Source: Tetramitus jugosus
Lineage: Eukaryota; Protista; Heterolobosea
Length of the DNA: 64,000 nucleotides
NCBI GenBank assembly: GCA_937625935.1
Contig: OW569389.1
Span: 1 to 64,000, forward strand
Reading direction: 5' to 3'
A program made the translations under genes and the position numbers. The notes beneath the pieces were generated by a model. That model was not told the origin of the DNA, ran no database searches, and was given only the letters and a program-made list of their open reading frames with translations. Each line of letters starts with the position of its first letter. Within the stretch, counting starts at the first letter, position 1. Positions 19,546 to 28,804 of this stretch are shown here, one piece after another.

Positions 19546-21570
19546 TTATTTCTTATCTTCTCGATTCTGGAGCTCCAGGATATCAATTTTTACCATACCC
19601 TCTTCTCCTTCATCATCCGAGCCGTCTGATGATTCTCCATCAGATGACTCTTGTGTGTTGGTGGTTGTGGATGGTCCACCTGGTAACAACATTTGCTTAG
19701 AAGCCAGTTTGCGATAATATCCATCTGGCATGTTCACTAACTCCAGATGAGTTCCCATCTCCTTGATCTCTCCCTTGTTCATCACAACAATCACATCTGA
19801 GTCAATAACCGTTGACAGACGATGAGCAATGATGATAGACGTCCTTCCCTCCATCAACTTGTTCAACGCTTCTTGCACAATGGATTCTGACTGTGTGTCC
19901 AATGCACTTGTTGCTTCATCAAGCAACAACAACTTTGGATCTTGAATCATTGCTCTTGCAATTGCAATTCTTTGCTTTTGACCACCAGACATTGAAACAC
20001 CTCTCTCTCCTAGCATAGTGTTATATCCATCAGGAAGTGACATGATAAAGTCATGTGCATTGGCTGCAATTGCTGCATCAATCACATCTTGTTCGGTCAC
20101 TTGCCTTCCAGATTGTTGCACGGCATACAATATATTATCTCTGATGGAAGAGGCAAACAGTGTTGGTTCCTGTGTCACAATTCCAATATTTCTGTGCAAC
20201 CACCGAGGATCAATTTCGTTCAAGTCATTGCCATCCAAGATAATTTGTCCAGAATCTGCTTGATAAAACTTCTCTAGCAGACCAACTATCGTCGATTTAC
20301 CTGAACCTGAAGCACCGACCAAGGCAACAGCTTGACCAGGATGAATGGTAAGGTTAAAGTTCTTCAAAACTTGAGTGTTTGGTCTTGTTGGATACGAGAA
20401 GGTGACATTCTTGAACTCAATGTGGCCCACTACTTTCTCTGGTTGAAGACCGCCACTAGGGTTCATCAGTGGATGTCTTCTGATCACCTTCAATAGATCT
20501 CTGATATTCTGGGAAGCTTTACCAAACTCGGGAAGAATCTTAAGACCATTCGCAATACCAATAGTACTCATCAGAATGTAACCGTACACTTGAAACATAA
20601 TACCAAGAGTTATCTCGCCCTTGACCACAAGTGTACCTCCAAACCAGAAACCAAGCGCAATATTACCATAATTGAAGAAAATGGCAAATGGAACTGTACC
20701 AGCAATCACAGCTGCTTTAAACAAGTAGACCTTGTGAATCTCCAACAACTTGTGGAAGAATCTCTTCTTTTCTCTCTCCTCTCCATCCATTGATCGAATG
20801 GTTCTCATGGCACTCACGACTTCATTGGAAATGTTGGCTGCTTGTCCGTTGATGCGATTAATCAATTTCTGAGCAATAGTGACTCCAACACCAGTAAACG
20901 CTAGAATGAGAACGAATAGAGGTATAATGGCCATCATCACGAGAGCCATCTTCCATCCAGCAACCAGGGCCATAATAAATCCGAACACAATTTGAGCACC
21001 GTGCGTGGCAAGTTCTCCGAGCTTGTTCGTGTATGTTTCTTGAATCAACTCCATTGCTTCTGTCATATCATTGATCAATTGACCAGTTCTCTTCATATCA
21101 AAGTATCCAATCTCTTGATCCATCAGTGAGTCAAAGTATGCCGTCTTGAGACGAGTTCCAACTCTTCCATGAGCAAAATTCATACAGAAGAAATGAATGA
21201 CTTGAGCAACAAAGGCACCCACTGCAACATAGGCCATCTTTGTAGCTAAATCACTCATGACAACACTCTGCTTTGTCACCGCCTTTAGACTCGTTGCTTG
21301 GGTCACAATCATTGACGTAGAAACACCAGTGGATGTCGACATGCTATCAATCATATCACCCAACAGCATGAACAACAGAATGGGTATACAACCAAAGCCC
21401 GCAGCTCCAAACATTCCAATTAATAGTAGAATATTCTCTGGTCCAAAGTACCACCAGACCATGATAGGACTGACAAACTTTGGATCGGCTGGATCTTCAA
21501 AATCCGCCATCTTGTGTGGTTTACTCTTCTTGAAAGCCTTTACACTCTTTTCTCTCTTATGTCGGGCCAT
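19546..21570 (-). CDS. ABCB (MDR/P-glycoprotein-type) half transporter, TMD-NBD
   Basis: 6-TM domain, Walker A GASGSGKST, Q-loop TQEP, signature MSGGQKQR, Walker B LLLLDE, H-loop IAH. Confidence 0.96.
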   Translation of the reverse strand: MARHKREKSVKAFKKSKPHKMADFEDPADPKFVSPIMVWWYFGPENILLLIGMFGAAGFGCIPILLFMLLGDMIDSMSTSTGVSTSMIVTQATSLKAVTKQSVVMSDLATKMAYVAVGAFVAQVIHFFCMNFAHGRVGTRLKTAYFDSLMDQEIGYFDMKRTGQLINDMTEAMELIQETYTNKLGELATHGAQIVFGFIMALVAGWKMALVMMAIIPLFVLILAFTGVGVTIAQKLINRINGQAANISNEVVSAMRTIRSMDGEEREKKRFFHKLLEIHKVYLFKAAVIAGTVPFAIFFNYGNIALGFWFGGTLVVKGEITLGIMFQVYGYILMSTIGIANGLKILPEFGKASQNIRDLLKVIRRHPLMNPSGGLQPEKVVGHIEFKNVTFSYPTRPNTQVLKNFNLTIHPGQAVALVGASGSGKSTIVGLLEKFYQADSGQIILDGNDLNEIDPRWLHRNIGIVTQEPTLFASSIRDNILYAVQQSGRQVTEQDVIDAAIAANAHDFIMSLPDGYNTMLGERGVSMSGGQKQRIAIARAMIQDPKLLLLDEATSALDTQSESIVQEALNKLMEGRTSIIIAHRLSTVIDSDVIVVMNKGEIKEMGTHLELVNMPDGYYRKLASKQMLLPGGPSTTTNTQESSDGESSDGSDDEGEEGMVKIDILELQNREDKK

Positions 21571-22069
21571 AGTTATGTGTTTATATACAAGGTAGCAATA
21601 GGTATGCTTATTAAGTGTTGGTCTTGTTTGTTTTGTATTGGTTTGTTATTGGCTGCTCAAGGACATAATCATCGCGCACCTTTTTAGTTCAAAATTTCCA
21701 AGGCGCGCCACCCGCATAACCTCCGGTAAAGTGCGAGCGTATCGCATTGGCGTTTCATGGAGAAAATCCAGGGGAATACTTTTCAAATTGGAAAGTACCT
21801 TCTAAGCATGGATTCTCACGCAACCAAAGTACATGTAAGGTTCATCAAACTTCCATGTCTCTCGCTTGATGGCATTGATCGGCACAAGTATTTTTTCATT
21901 GAACCAAAAAAGTCGGAGCAACGAACGGTTGAACTTCAGAATTGTCGTTGAAGTCTTCGCACCTCCGACAGTATTATTCCAATTGTCCAACGCTCAAATT
22001 GGTTGTCGATCTGGGACCATGGTCTCTCTCGCCCAACAACAGAACTGAACTAACCACCAACGCCAACTA

Positions 22070-24097
22070 ATGCAGCAACACTTTGAGTCACTGATGCATG
22101 CCATTGCTCCTCTCCATTCGGCTGCTTCTGCCTCCCCCAACACCACTCTCACCTTCCACCATGACTCACCAACAACAACAACAACATCCACTCCTTCTCC
22201 ACAACTGACTCAACCACCACAACAAAACTCCAATCTTCCACCTTCATCATCATCACAACAACAAGAACAACAACAACAACCACCACACTATCGAATCGCA
22301 TGTCAACCATGTCGTTCCGCTCACACAAAATGCGACAAAATTCTTCCCTGTTGTTCACAATGTCTCAAAAGTGGAAAAACTTGCGAATATGCACCACCAA
22401 AAAAACGTCGACCCAGAAGACGAACAAACACAGTAGCCACAGCAGTCGCAACCAACGAACTCAATGATGATGATAACCATAAGAAAAAAAAGAAGATGAA
22501 AATCGATCATCACACCTCTCATCACAACAACAATAATGATATGAGCAGTAGTAGTAGTAGTCATAGTCATGATAGTGATGGAGATGAAGATGGAGAAGAA
22601 GACGAAGAAGGAGACGAAGGAGATGATGATGATAGAGTTCCAATCGAACCAGAAGTACCATTCAGAACATCTGATTTAGTCAATTTTTATTATAGAGAGT
22701 GTAATGCACATTGGAATTTAGTGCCACAGAATTTGGTGAGTGAAGCTGTTCTTGCAGCAGAGAGTAAACAGACTCATCACAACATTGATCACAATAATAA
22801 TAACCAAAATCATCATCAGGCGACTAGTAGTAGTAGTAGTAATAGTAGTAATAGTGGTAATAGTGGTAGTAATAATAGTAGTAGTAGTGGTAATAGTGAA
22901 CATTATCAATTTGATTTGCATGTGAATAAGGCTGTTTGGTGCAGTGTACAAATGATGTCACTCAGTAGAATTTTAGCAGTGGAACGACATGAAGAAGAAT
23001 TGGAGAATCGGTTGCGAAACATTATTCGACAATTGAATCGAATGTGTCAGACATTGTTGTTGCGTGTAGATTTGTTTAAAGCGATACCCTATAATGAAAA
23101 ATTGGCTTGGGCAGCCATGAACATGTCCATTTATGAACGAGTGTATCATTTTGATAATAGAGGAGGGTATGAACAGTGGATGGGACTGGTGAAATCCTAT
23201 TTGAAATCAGCTCGATCACCCTCGGCACAATTAAAGGCATGTTATGGAACGTTCAAGTGGAGATCAGAGTGCAAACTAGCGGATCCAAATGATTTGAGAG
23301 GATATAAAATGATTGCAAAATCATTAAAGAAGAGAATTCGGTTGAATCGAATGTTGTTAAAGAGCAAGTTGTGGATTGATAACTCGGTCAAGAATCGCCT
23401 GTTGGAAGATTTGATTAATGTGATCAAGCAGAGAATTACAAGAGATGATCAATCTGTAGACTTGGCAGCACTGTCTACCATGTTAGACTTGTTGCAACAG
23501 ATTATTAATGATGTTCCTCAGAGCGCGACAGCAACGTTAGATTTACTCAGTTGCAAAATAGATTGTATATTGAATGAGGAGTCTAGAGTGGTTCAAAGTA
23601 CACCGAATGAGACGTTGAATCATCTCTATGCGTTCAAGAGAGAAGTCAGTGATCAAATATCACTGTTTCTCGCAAGTTTTCCAAAATTACCAATCGATAC
23701 TCTATGGAACGTAAGGCAAGTGTGCGTTGCTGTATCTGTTCACTTTCAATGCGCACTGCGGGGAGAGTCCGTGCTAGACATTCTTCGCATAGATGCTCGT
23801 ATATTAGAATTGTTGGATATTTCGCGGCGATTGCCAGAGAAGGGCATAACTCTGTTAAGGGAGGTCAATCAATGGATTGCATCAGTCGATCAATCACGTC
23901 AATCGATATCAAATATGAACACACAACACGCTGACCAACAATACTTGGGACTCAATACAAATGTCTCCTCTTTTGTAGATCTAGATCTGAACATGGAGGA
24001 TTTACTGCTCGATGACGCGACTGTTTTACAAATTCTTGCTGATTTGGCTCCAGCTAATTCAACCCAAGATTTCAATTTTACGAATTTATTTGATTGA
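22070..24097 (+). CDS. Zn(II)2Cys6 (GAL4-type) transcription factor
   Basis: ACQPCRSAHTKCDKILPCCSQCLKSGKTCEY (Cx2Cx6Cx6Cx2Cx6C), NLS KKRRPRRR, low-complexity tracts and an acidic/hydrophobic C-terminus. Confidence 0.93.
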   Translation: MQQHFESLMHAIAPLHSAASASPNTTLTFHHDSPTTTTTSTPSPQLTQPPQQNSNLPPSSSSQQQEQQQQPPHYRIACQPCRSAHTKCDKILPCCSQCLKSGKTCEYAPPKKRRPRRRTNTVATAVATNELNDDDNHKKKKKMKIDHHTSHHNNNNDMSSSSSSHSHDSDGDEDGEEDEEGDEGDDDDRVPIEPEVPFRTSDLVNFYYRECNAHWNLVPQNLVSEAVLAAESKQTHHNIDHNNNNQNHHQATSSSSSNSSNSGNSGSNNSSSSGNSEHYQFDLHVNKAVWCSVQMMSLSRILAVERHEEELENRLRNIIRQLNRMCQTLLLRVDLFKAIPYNEKLAWAAMNMSIYERVYHFDNRGGYEQWMGLVKSYLKSARSPSAQLKACYGTFKWRSECKLADPNDLRGYKMIAKSLKKRIRLNRMLLKSKLWIDNSVKNRLLEDLINVIKQRITRDDQSVDLAALSTMLDLLQQIINDVPQSATATLDLLSCKIDCILNEESRVVQSTPNETLNHLYAFKREVSDQISLFLASFPKLPIDTLWNVRQVCVAVSVHFQCALRGESVLDILRIDARILELLDISRRLPEKGITLLREVNQWIASVDQSRQSISNMNTQHADQQYLGLNTNVSSFVDLDLNMEDLLLDDATVLQILADLAPANSTQDFNFTNLFD

Positions 24098-24243
24098 AGT
24101 CACGCGAGGGTAACCTATTTATTGAGATGGAATAAAAGATAAGTCTTTCTCTGATTCGACGCATAGCTGGTGATGAATTGAGAACAACATTTGCACAAGA
24201 AATGACAATACTAGTTAGTTTACAAACGAGATTCTTTTATAGT

Positions 24244-25161
24244 TTACAATTGTTTGCACTGACCAGTGGTTTCACCCAAGATGAGCGGGAACTCAGCACC
24301 TTCCAAATAAGCATTGAAATGCTTCTTGAAGTAGGTCCAGGAAGACTCGTTTGGAACATTCAAATAGCATGGTGGAGCATGCTTGTAACCTGGGTTTCTG
24401 TTCAATTCAGCTCTCAAAACAGCAGGCAATTCATCAATGCTCTTAATCTTGGCAGCTTCAGCAGCTTGGATCAAGTATCCACGAGTTGCACCCATCTTCA
24501 TGAATGGCAAGAATGGAGAAACTCTGTTCCAAGCCATAGTGTATTCATCAACTTGCTTCTTGCTCTTCTTTCTCAAACCCTTGGTCTCAGTGAAGAACTT
24601 GAAATATTCAGCAGCCTTGTACATTCTGTCAGGGCTATATGGTACATAGGAAGCATTTCCGAATAGAGTGTTTGGATAGAAGAGATTCACAGTGGAAGAA
24701 AATTCAGTGATGCTGTCAGTCAAGCTGCTTGCAGGCATTGGATAACTTGCAGCGTACAATGGGAATTGTACTGGATCATTGGCAACGTGAACCACGGTGA
24801 CATTCTCATTGGTGAATGGATTCAACCAAGTGGTCAACTTTTTCTTGGTGACTGGGTCAAGGTACAATTGCATTTCACGCTGAGTAGTAACATAGTTGTC
24901 ACCCATCTTGATACATCTTGCAATATTGACACCGACGATGTCAAAGATTGGAGCAAATGGAGCACCGTCAATGCTGGCAGTCAAAGTTCCGTTCCAAGCG
25001 GTAATGACCTCGTCAGTGGACTTCAGAGAGCATCTCAATCTTACTTGTTCCTCAAGAGAGACTTGAGCGGCATGGAAAGGGGAGCTCTTCTTGCAAAGGA
25101 CAAGAGTCGCCACACTTGCCAGGATCAAAATGGTGAGCACGAAAAAGTTTGTATGGTACAT
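24244..25161 (-). CDS. Secreted DUF1838-family protein
   Basis: Signal peptide, then WNG..., REMQLYLDPVT...WLNPFTNENVTVVHVANDPV, LFYPN, AAEYF, WNRVSPFLPFMKMG and PNESSWTYFKKH. Confidence 0.8.
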   Translation of the reverse strand: MYHTNFFVLTILILASVATLVLCKKSSPFHAAQVSLEEQVRLRCSLKSTDEVITAWNGTLTASIDGAPFAPIFDIVGVNIARCIKMGDNYVTTQREMQLYLDPVTKKKLTTWLNPFTNENVTVVHVANDPVQFPLYAASYPMPASSLTDSITEFSSTVNLFYPNTLFGNASYVPYSPDRMYKAAEYFKFFTETKGLRKKSKKQVDEYTMAWNRVSPFLPFMKMGATRGYLIQAAEAAKIKSIDELPAVLRAELNRNPGYKHAPPCYLNVPNESSWTYFKKHFNAYLEGAEFPLILGETTGQCKQL

Positions 25162-25542
25162 GATTTGTTTTGTTATGGTGGTATGTTTGTGGTAGATTCG
25201 TTTCTAGGCAGAGGGAATAGAGATTTTATAGTTCTGTATGATCCCGGTTTTCCGATGACAAATGATACCCCTTCTTCTTTTTAAAGGTTGTTTTCATGCT
25301 CCTCTGGAACATGTTTTGACGTTAGTTGTCATCTGCGTCAAAATTTCAACTCAACGTCGCTTGTATCTTCCCAATGAGTTAAGCACATTAGATGACATCG
25401 ACATCGGCGACCCCTGGTATGGTGAACCTGGCGACACAAGGGATTGACAGTTGACTCCATTGTTTGTGAGAATCTTTAGGCTAAAGTAGTATTCCACATC
25501 TCTCTTTTCTCTCCGTTCCATGCAATTATACTACTGAAAAAC

Positions 25543-26760
25543 ATGTCTGAAGCTATTATCGACGTACTTCTCTGGGTAAATGCTTTGAACGGAACAGCTA
25601 CAGGAAACGGGACATATCCCGGAAGTGGAGCAACTGCTGCCAGTCTAAGGAAAGCAAGAACGGAGAAGGCTTCTACTCCAATTTTTCTCATCATTTATTC
25701 CATCGGATTGTTAGTTACTCTAGGAGTACTCATGCCTGTTGTATACAAGAGAAAGTGGAACAGATTACCTGTGTTTATATTGTGTATCATATTCAACATC
25801 TTGTGCATTGCTTCATCCGCTGTGCGTATTGCAAGAGTGTTCCAAACATTTAATTTCAGGGATCCGAAGCAGGCAAAGAAGTTCCTAGCTCTCCAGAACG
25901 CTTTTGTTTACATTCGGACGATCTCATACATTCTGCCAATTGCTCTCATTCTTTCTGTCTGTATCATATTCATCAAGGTTCTGGTTGGTATAGGACTAGT
26001 TGGAAGGAAAGTGTCATACTTGTTGTATGGTATTGCTTCAACAGTGATTCTGGCCACTGTGATAACAGATCTTGTTTTTCTGTTCCTGATCATATTCAAG
26101 CCCACTTTCTCGTCTGCTTCCTCCTACGTGTTCTTCTCACTGATGAGCTCGTACATTTTCTGCGCAGGACTCTTCTTCATTATTCTGGCTCTGAGGATTG
26201 GAATCTATACATTGTATATGGCATGTGCAAAGAAGGCTCTCAAGAGGGTGGTCATTCTCTTTTGTTGTGTCTTTCTTCTAATGGTGTTCCGTATTCCTGC
26301 ATATTTTGTGGCTATGACCGGCGTTTTGACTCGAGGACACATTAACTTTATCATCTCCCATTTATCTGAGTGTATGATATCGTTTGTAGTTTGCGCCGTG
26401 TTCCACGAAAAGATTACCAAGAAGAAGTCGAACATGGATGATAATAATGTTGTTCAAGTTGTGAACAGTAGTCACAAAGCTCAGGAGTCAGAGTGTGGAG
26501 AAGTCATTGAAATGACTGACAACAAAGAATTGTCACACCAAAAGGAAGAAAAGGCAAAGGTACAATCCACAACGCCAGTAGAGACCATTGGCAAACCCCT
26601 CGATGAATTAACCTGCAGTGAGATCCAGCAAGACGTTGTTTGCTATGAAGCCGTCCATCCTGAAGAGGATTCCTCCTCAATAGTGGATGAACCACCTGCA
26701 CCTCTAGAATTAACTGGAAGCCCACCTGCTCTAGAAGTACTAGTCATACAACAAGAATAA
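25543..26760 (+). CDS. Seven-transmembrane GPCR-like protein
   Basis: N-terminal NxT sequons, about 7 hydrophobic segments and an acidic cytoplasmic tail. Confidence 0.7.
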   Translation: MSEAIIDVLLWVNALNGTATGNGTYPGSGATAASLRKARTEKASTPIFLIIYSIGLLVTLGVLMPVVYKRKWNRLPVFILCIIFNILCIASSAVRIARVFQTFNFRDPKQAKKFLALQNAFVYIRTISYILPIALILSVCIIFIKVLVGIGLVGRKVSYLLYGIASTVILATVITDLVFLFLIIFKPTFSSASSYVFFSLMSSYIFCAGLFFIILALRIGIYTLYMACAKKALKRVVILFCCVFLLMVFRIPAYFVAMTGVLTRGHINFIISHLSECMISFVVCAVFHEKITKKKSNMDDNNVVQVVNSSHKAQESECGEVIEMTDNKELSHQKEEKAKVQSTTPVETIGKPLDELTCSEIQQDVVCYEAVHPEEDSSSIVDEPPAPLELTGSPPALEVLVIQQE

Positions 26761-26888
26761 ACCACACAAGCCCTTCAAGTGCAGAACCTGGCCAGTTTTT
26801 TCACTTCCAATTCACTATCCAACCCCTCCCAACATTTCTCCGAACATTCCATTCAAATTTGACAGCAGAAAATAGAAGAAGAACAACA

Positions 26889-28769
26889 ATGACGTTCCCT
26901 CATGGTCCCAGCAGTCACACTGGACTGAATTATCGGTTTGGGTGGAAACGACCCCTCGTACTCTTCATGATTTCATTGATTGTCTTCCATCTTCTCATGA
27001 AGTTCAAGCAAGATGTGCAGCGCGGGAGGGAAATTAATGAAACGGCGCCTTTTCTTTACAATAGCTCAGAAATTAGTCAAGCGTCGTCGTCGCTGGAGAC
27101 TGAAAAGCTCGATAGCTTTGCAGCTGTGTTCAGCAACAATGGGAATCAGCATTCAAGCCACAATCCAGTTCATGATCGCAATGAATATTGCTACAACATG
27201 ACTCATGTGACAATCTACAATCTAGGTCAAAGATTGAACTGCAAGGACAACTCTGAGAGCTTTTCAATAGGAATGGTCGTTGCTTTGATGTTTACGGTTG
27301 CTGCTGAGATCTTGGCTCATCACCTAGAGCACAAATTCAAGGACAATATCATTCATTTGACCATGCTCAACAAGATTTACAAGGAACTCATGTTCATGGG
27401 TCTCATTGGTTTGTTTATTAATATGCTCGAGAGTTTAAACATGTTTGAGAACTTGTTTGAACTGTCGAGCTATTTGGCCACCAAGATGGGATTTCCACCA
27501 GAGCACAACATTCATGAAACGGAGCATGAGAGAGTAGAGAGAAGAGTGTTGATTTTTGACTTTGTTCATGTTAGTTTATTCTTCCTGAGTGTGTTCTATG
27601 TGTCAATGGTTGCACTGTGGTATTACTTGATGAGAAGAACATGGAAGAGATGGAAGAGATATGAGGAGGGATCAGAGGACAGAGCAATCAGCTATTACAA
27701 GCACGTGAGGGACAAAGTCAATAGTTCAAACAAGATTGCTCTCATGTTTAAGTATCGATTGTGGTACAATTATACGTGTGCTTTAGATAGATTGAATTAT
27801 TTCACTGTGCGACAACGGTTCATACAGGTGAATGATTTGATGGGTCGATCATTTAGGTTCGATCATTACTTGAAGCAATGCGCATTACACATGTTTGTTC
27901 ACATTATTGAAATTGATTCCAAAACTTGGATTGGTTGTTGTGTAGTATTTGGTATCAATTATTTGCGTAATAAGCTGTTTGACTTTAGTACGACGAATTC
28001 TGGAGTTCCATTATTTGTGTCTCTATTCTCTGGAGGAAGTTTGTTTATATCTGCTATTGTGTATGTGTCTTTAAGAGCAGCTTACAGTAGATATATTTCT
28101 GCTCATGTGGATAGCTTTTGCAAGGACAAACAAACGAGTCATACAAGGGCACTACACGCTGAAGTGAATCCCTTCTCCTATCAAGAATCTGATGAAATAT
28201 CTCTCTTGTCTCAGCAGGAGAGCACTTCACCGCATCCACCCAGCAAGATAATATCGAATCATTTGGAACAAATTCGAGTTGTAGAGAGTGGTGTACATAA
28301 TGACACTAACGAGCGCCGAGATGGAAATCGAGACGTGTTGTACAATGATCAAGACGATCTATCCGTACCTTTGGACGATAAGAATGGCATTCATTTAGTC
28401 TCTATGAACAGGTACTTCTTTTTACGCATGCCTAAACTGACTTTCTCATTGGCGCAAATCTCGCTTCTCATTCAGTCGTTCTATATGAGTTTGTACATTC
28501 TGCATTTTATTTATGTGATCGTCATTGAGAACTCGTTTGGCATACGTCACGTCGCTCCTCGTTACATAATTGCCTTTGGATTTTTGATACCGAGTGTATT
28601 TGCAGTTTGCGTAATGTTTCCCTTGATTATGCCCCTGATGGTCATTATGTTGAGTGTGGACGATCATAGCAACCAAAAGGAGATCTCGCAACAGTTGAAG
28701 CGATGGGACAAGCGGACGATGAAGCAACTTGACACACATAGCGAGAATGTTGAAACTGATGGTTTATAA
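26889..28769 (+). CDS. MLO-like membrane protein
   Basis: E..AHHL, KIYKELMFMGLIGL, VHVSLFFL, WKRYE, RQRFI, FRFDHYL, IEID..TW and FFLRMP...LLIQSF follow the MLO motif order. ATG at 26889. Confidence 0.8.
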   Translation: MTFPHGPSSHTGLNYRFGWKRPLVLFMISLIVFHLLMKFKQDVQRGREINETAPFLYNSSEISQASSSLETEKLDSFAAVFSNNGNQHSSHNPVHDRNEYCYNMTHVTIYNLGQRLNCKDNSESFSIGMVVALMFTVAAEILAHHLEHKFKDNIIHLTMLNKIYKELMFMGLIGLFINMLESLNMFENLFELSSYLATKMGFPPEHNIHETEHERVERRVLIFDFVHVSLFFLSVFYVSMVALWYYLMRRTWKRWKRYEEGSEDRAISYYKHVRDKVNSSNKIALMFKYRLWYNYTCALDRLNYFTVRQRFIQVNDLMGRSFRFDHYLKQCALHMFVHIIEIDSKTWIGCCVVFGINYLRNKLFDFSTTNSGVPLFVSLFSGGSLFISAIVYVSLRAAYSRYISAHVDSFCKDKQTSHTRALHAEVNPFSYQESDEISLLSQQESTSPHPPSKIISNHLEQIRVVESGVHNDTNERRDGNRDVLYNDQDDLSVPLDDKNGIHLVSMNRYFFLRMPKLTFSLAQISLLIQSFYMSLYILHFIYVIVIENSFGIRHVAPRYIIAFGFLIPSVFAVCVMFPLIMPLMVIMLSVDDHSNQKEISQQLKRWDKRTMKQLDTHSENVETDGL

Positions 28770-28804
28770 AACAAATCGATTTTTGTATCTGGCTAGGGGA
28801 GTGT

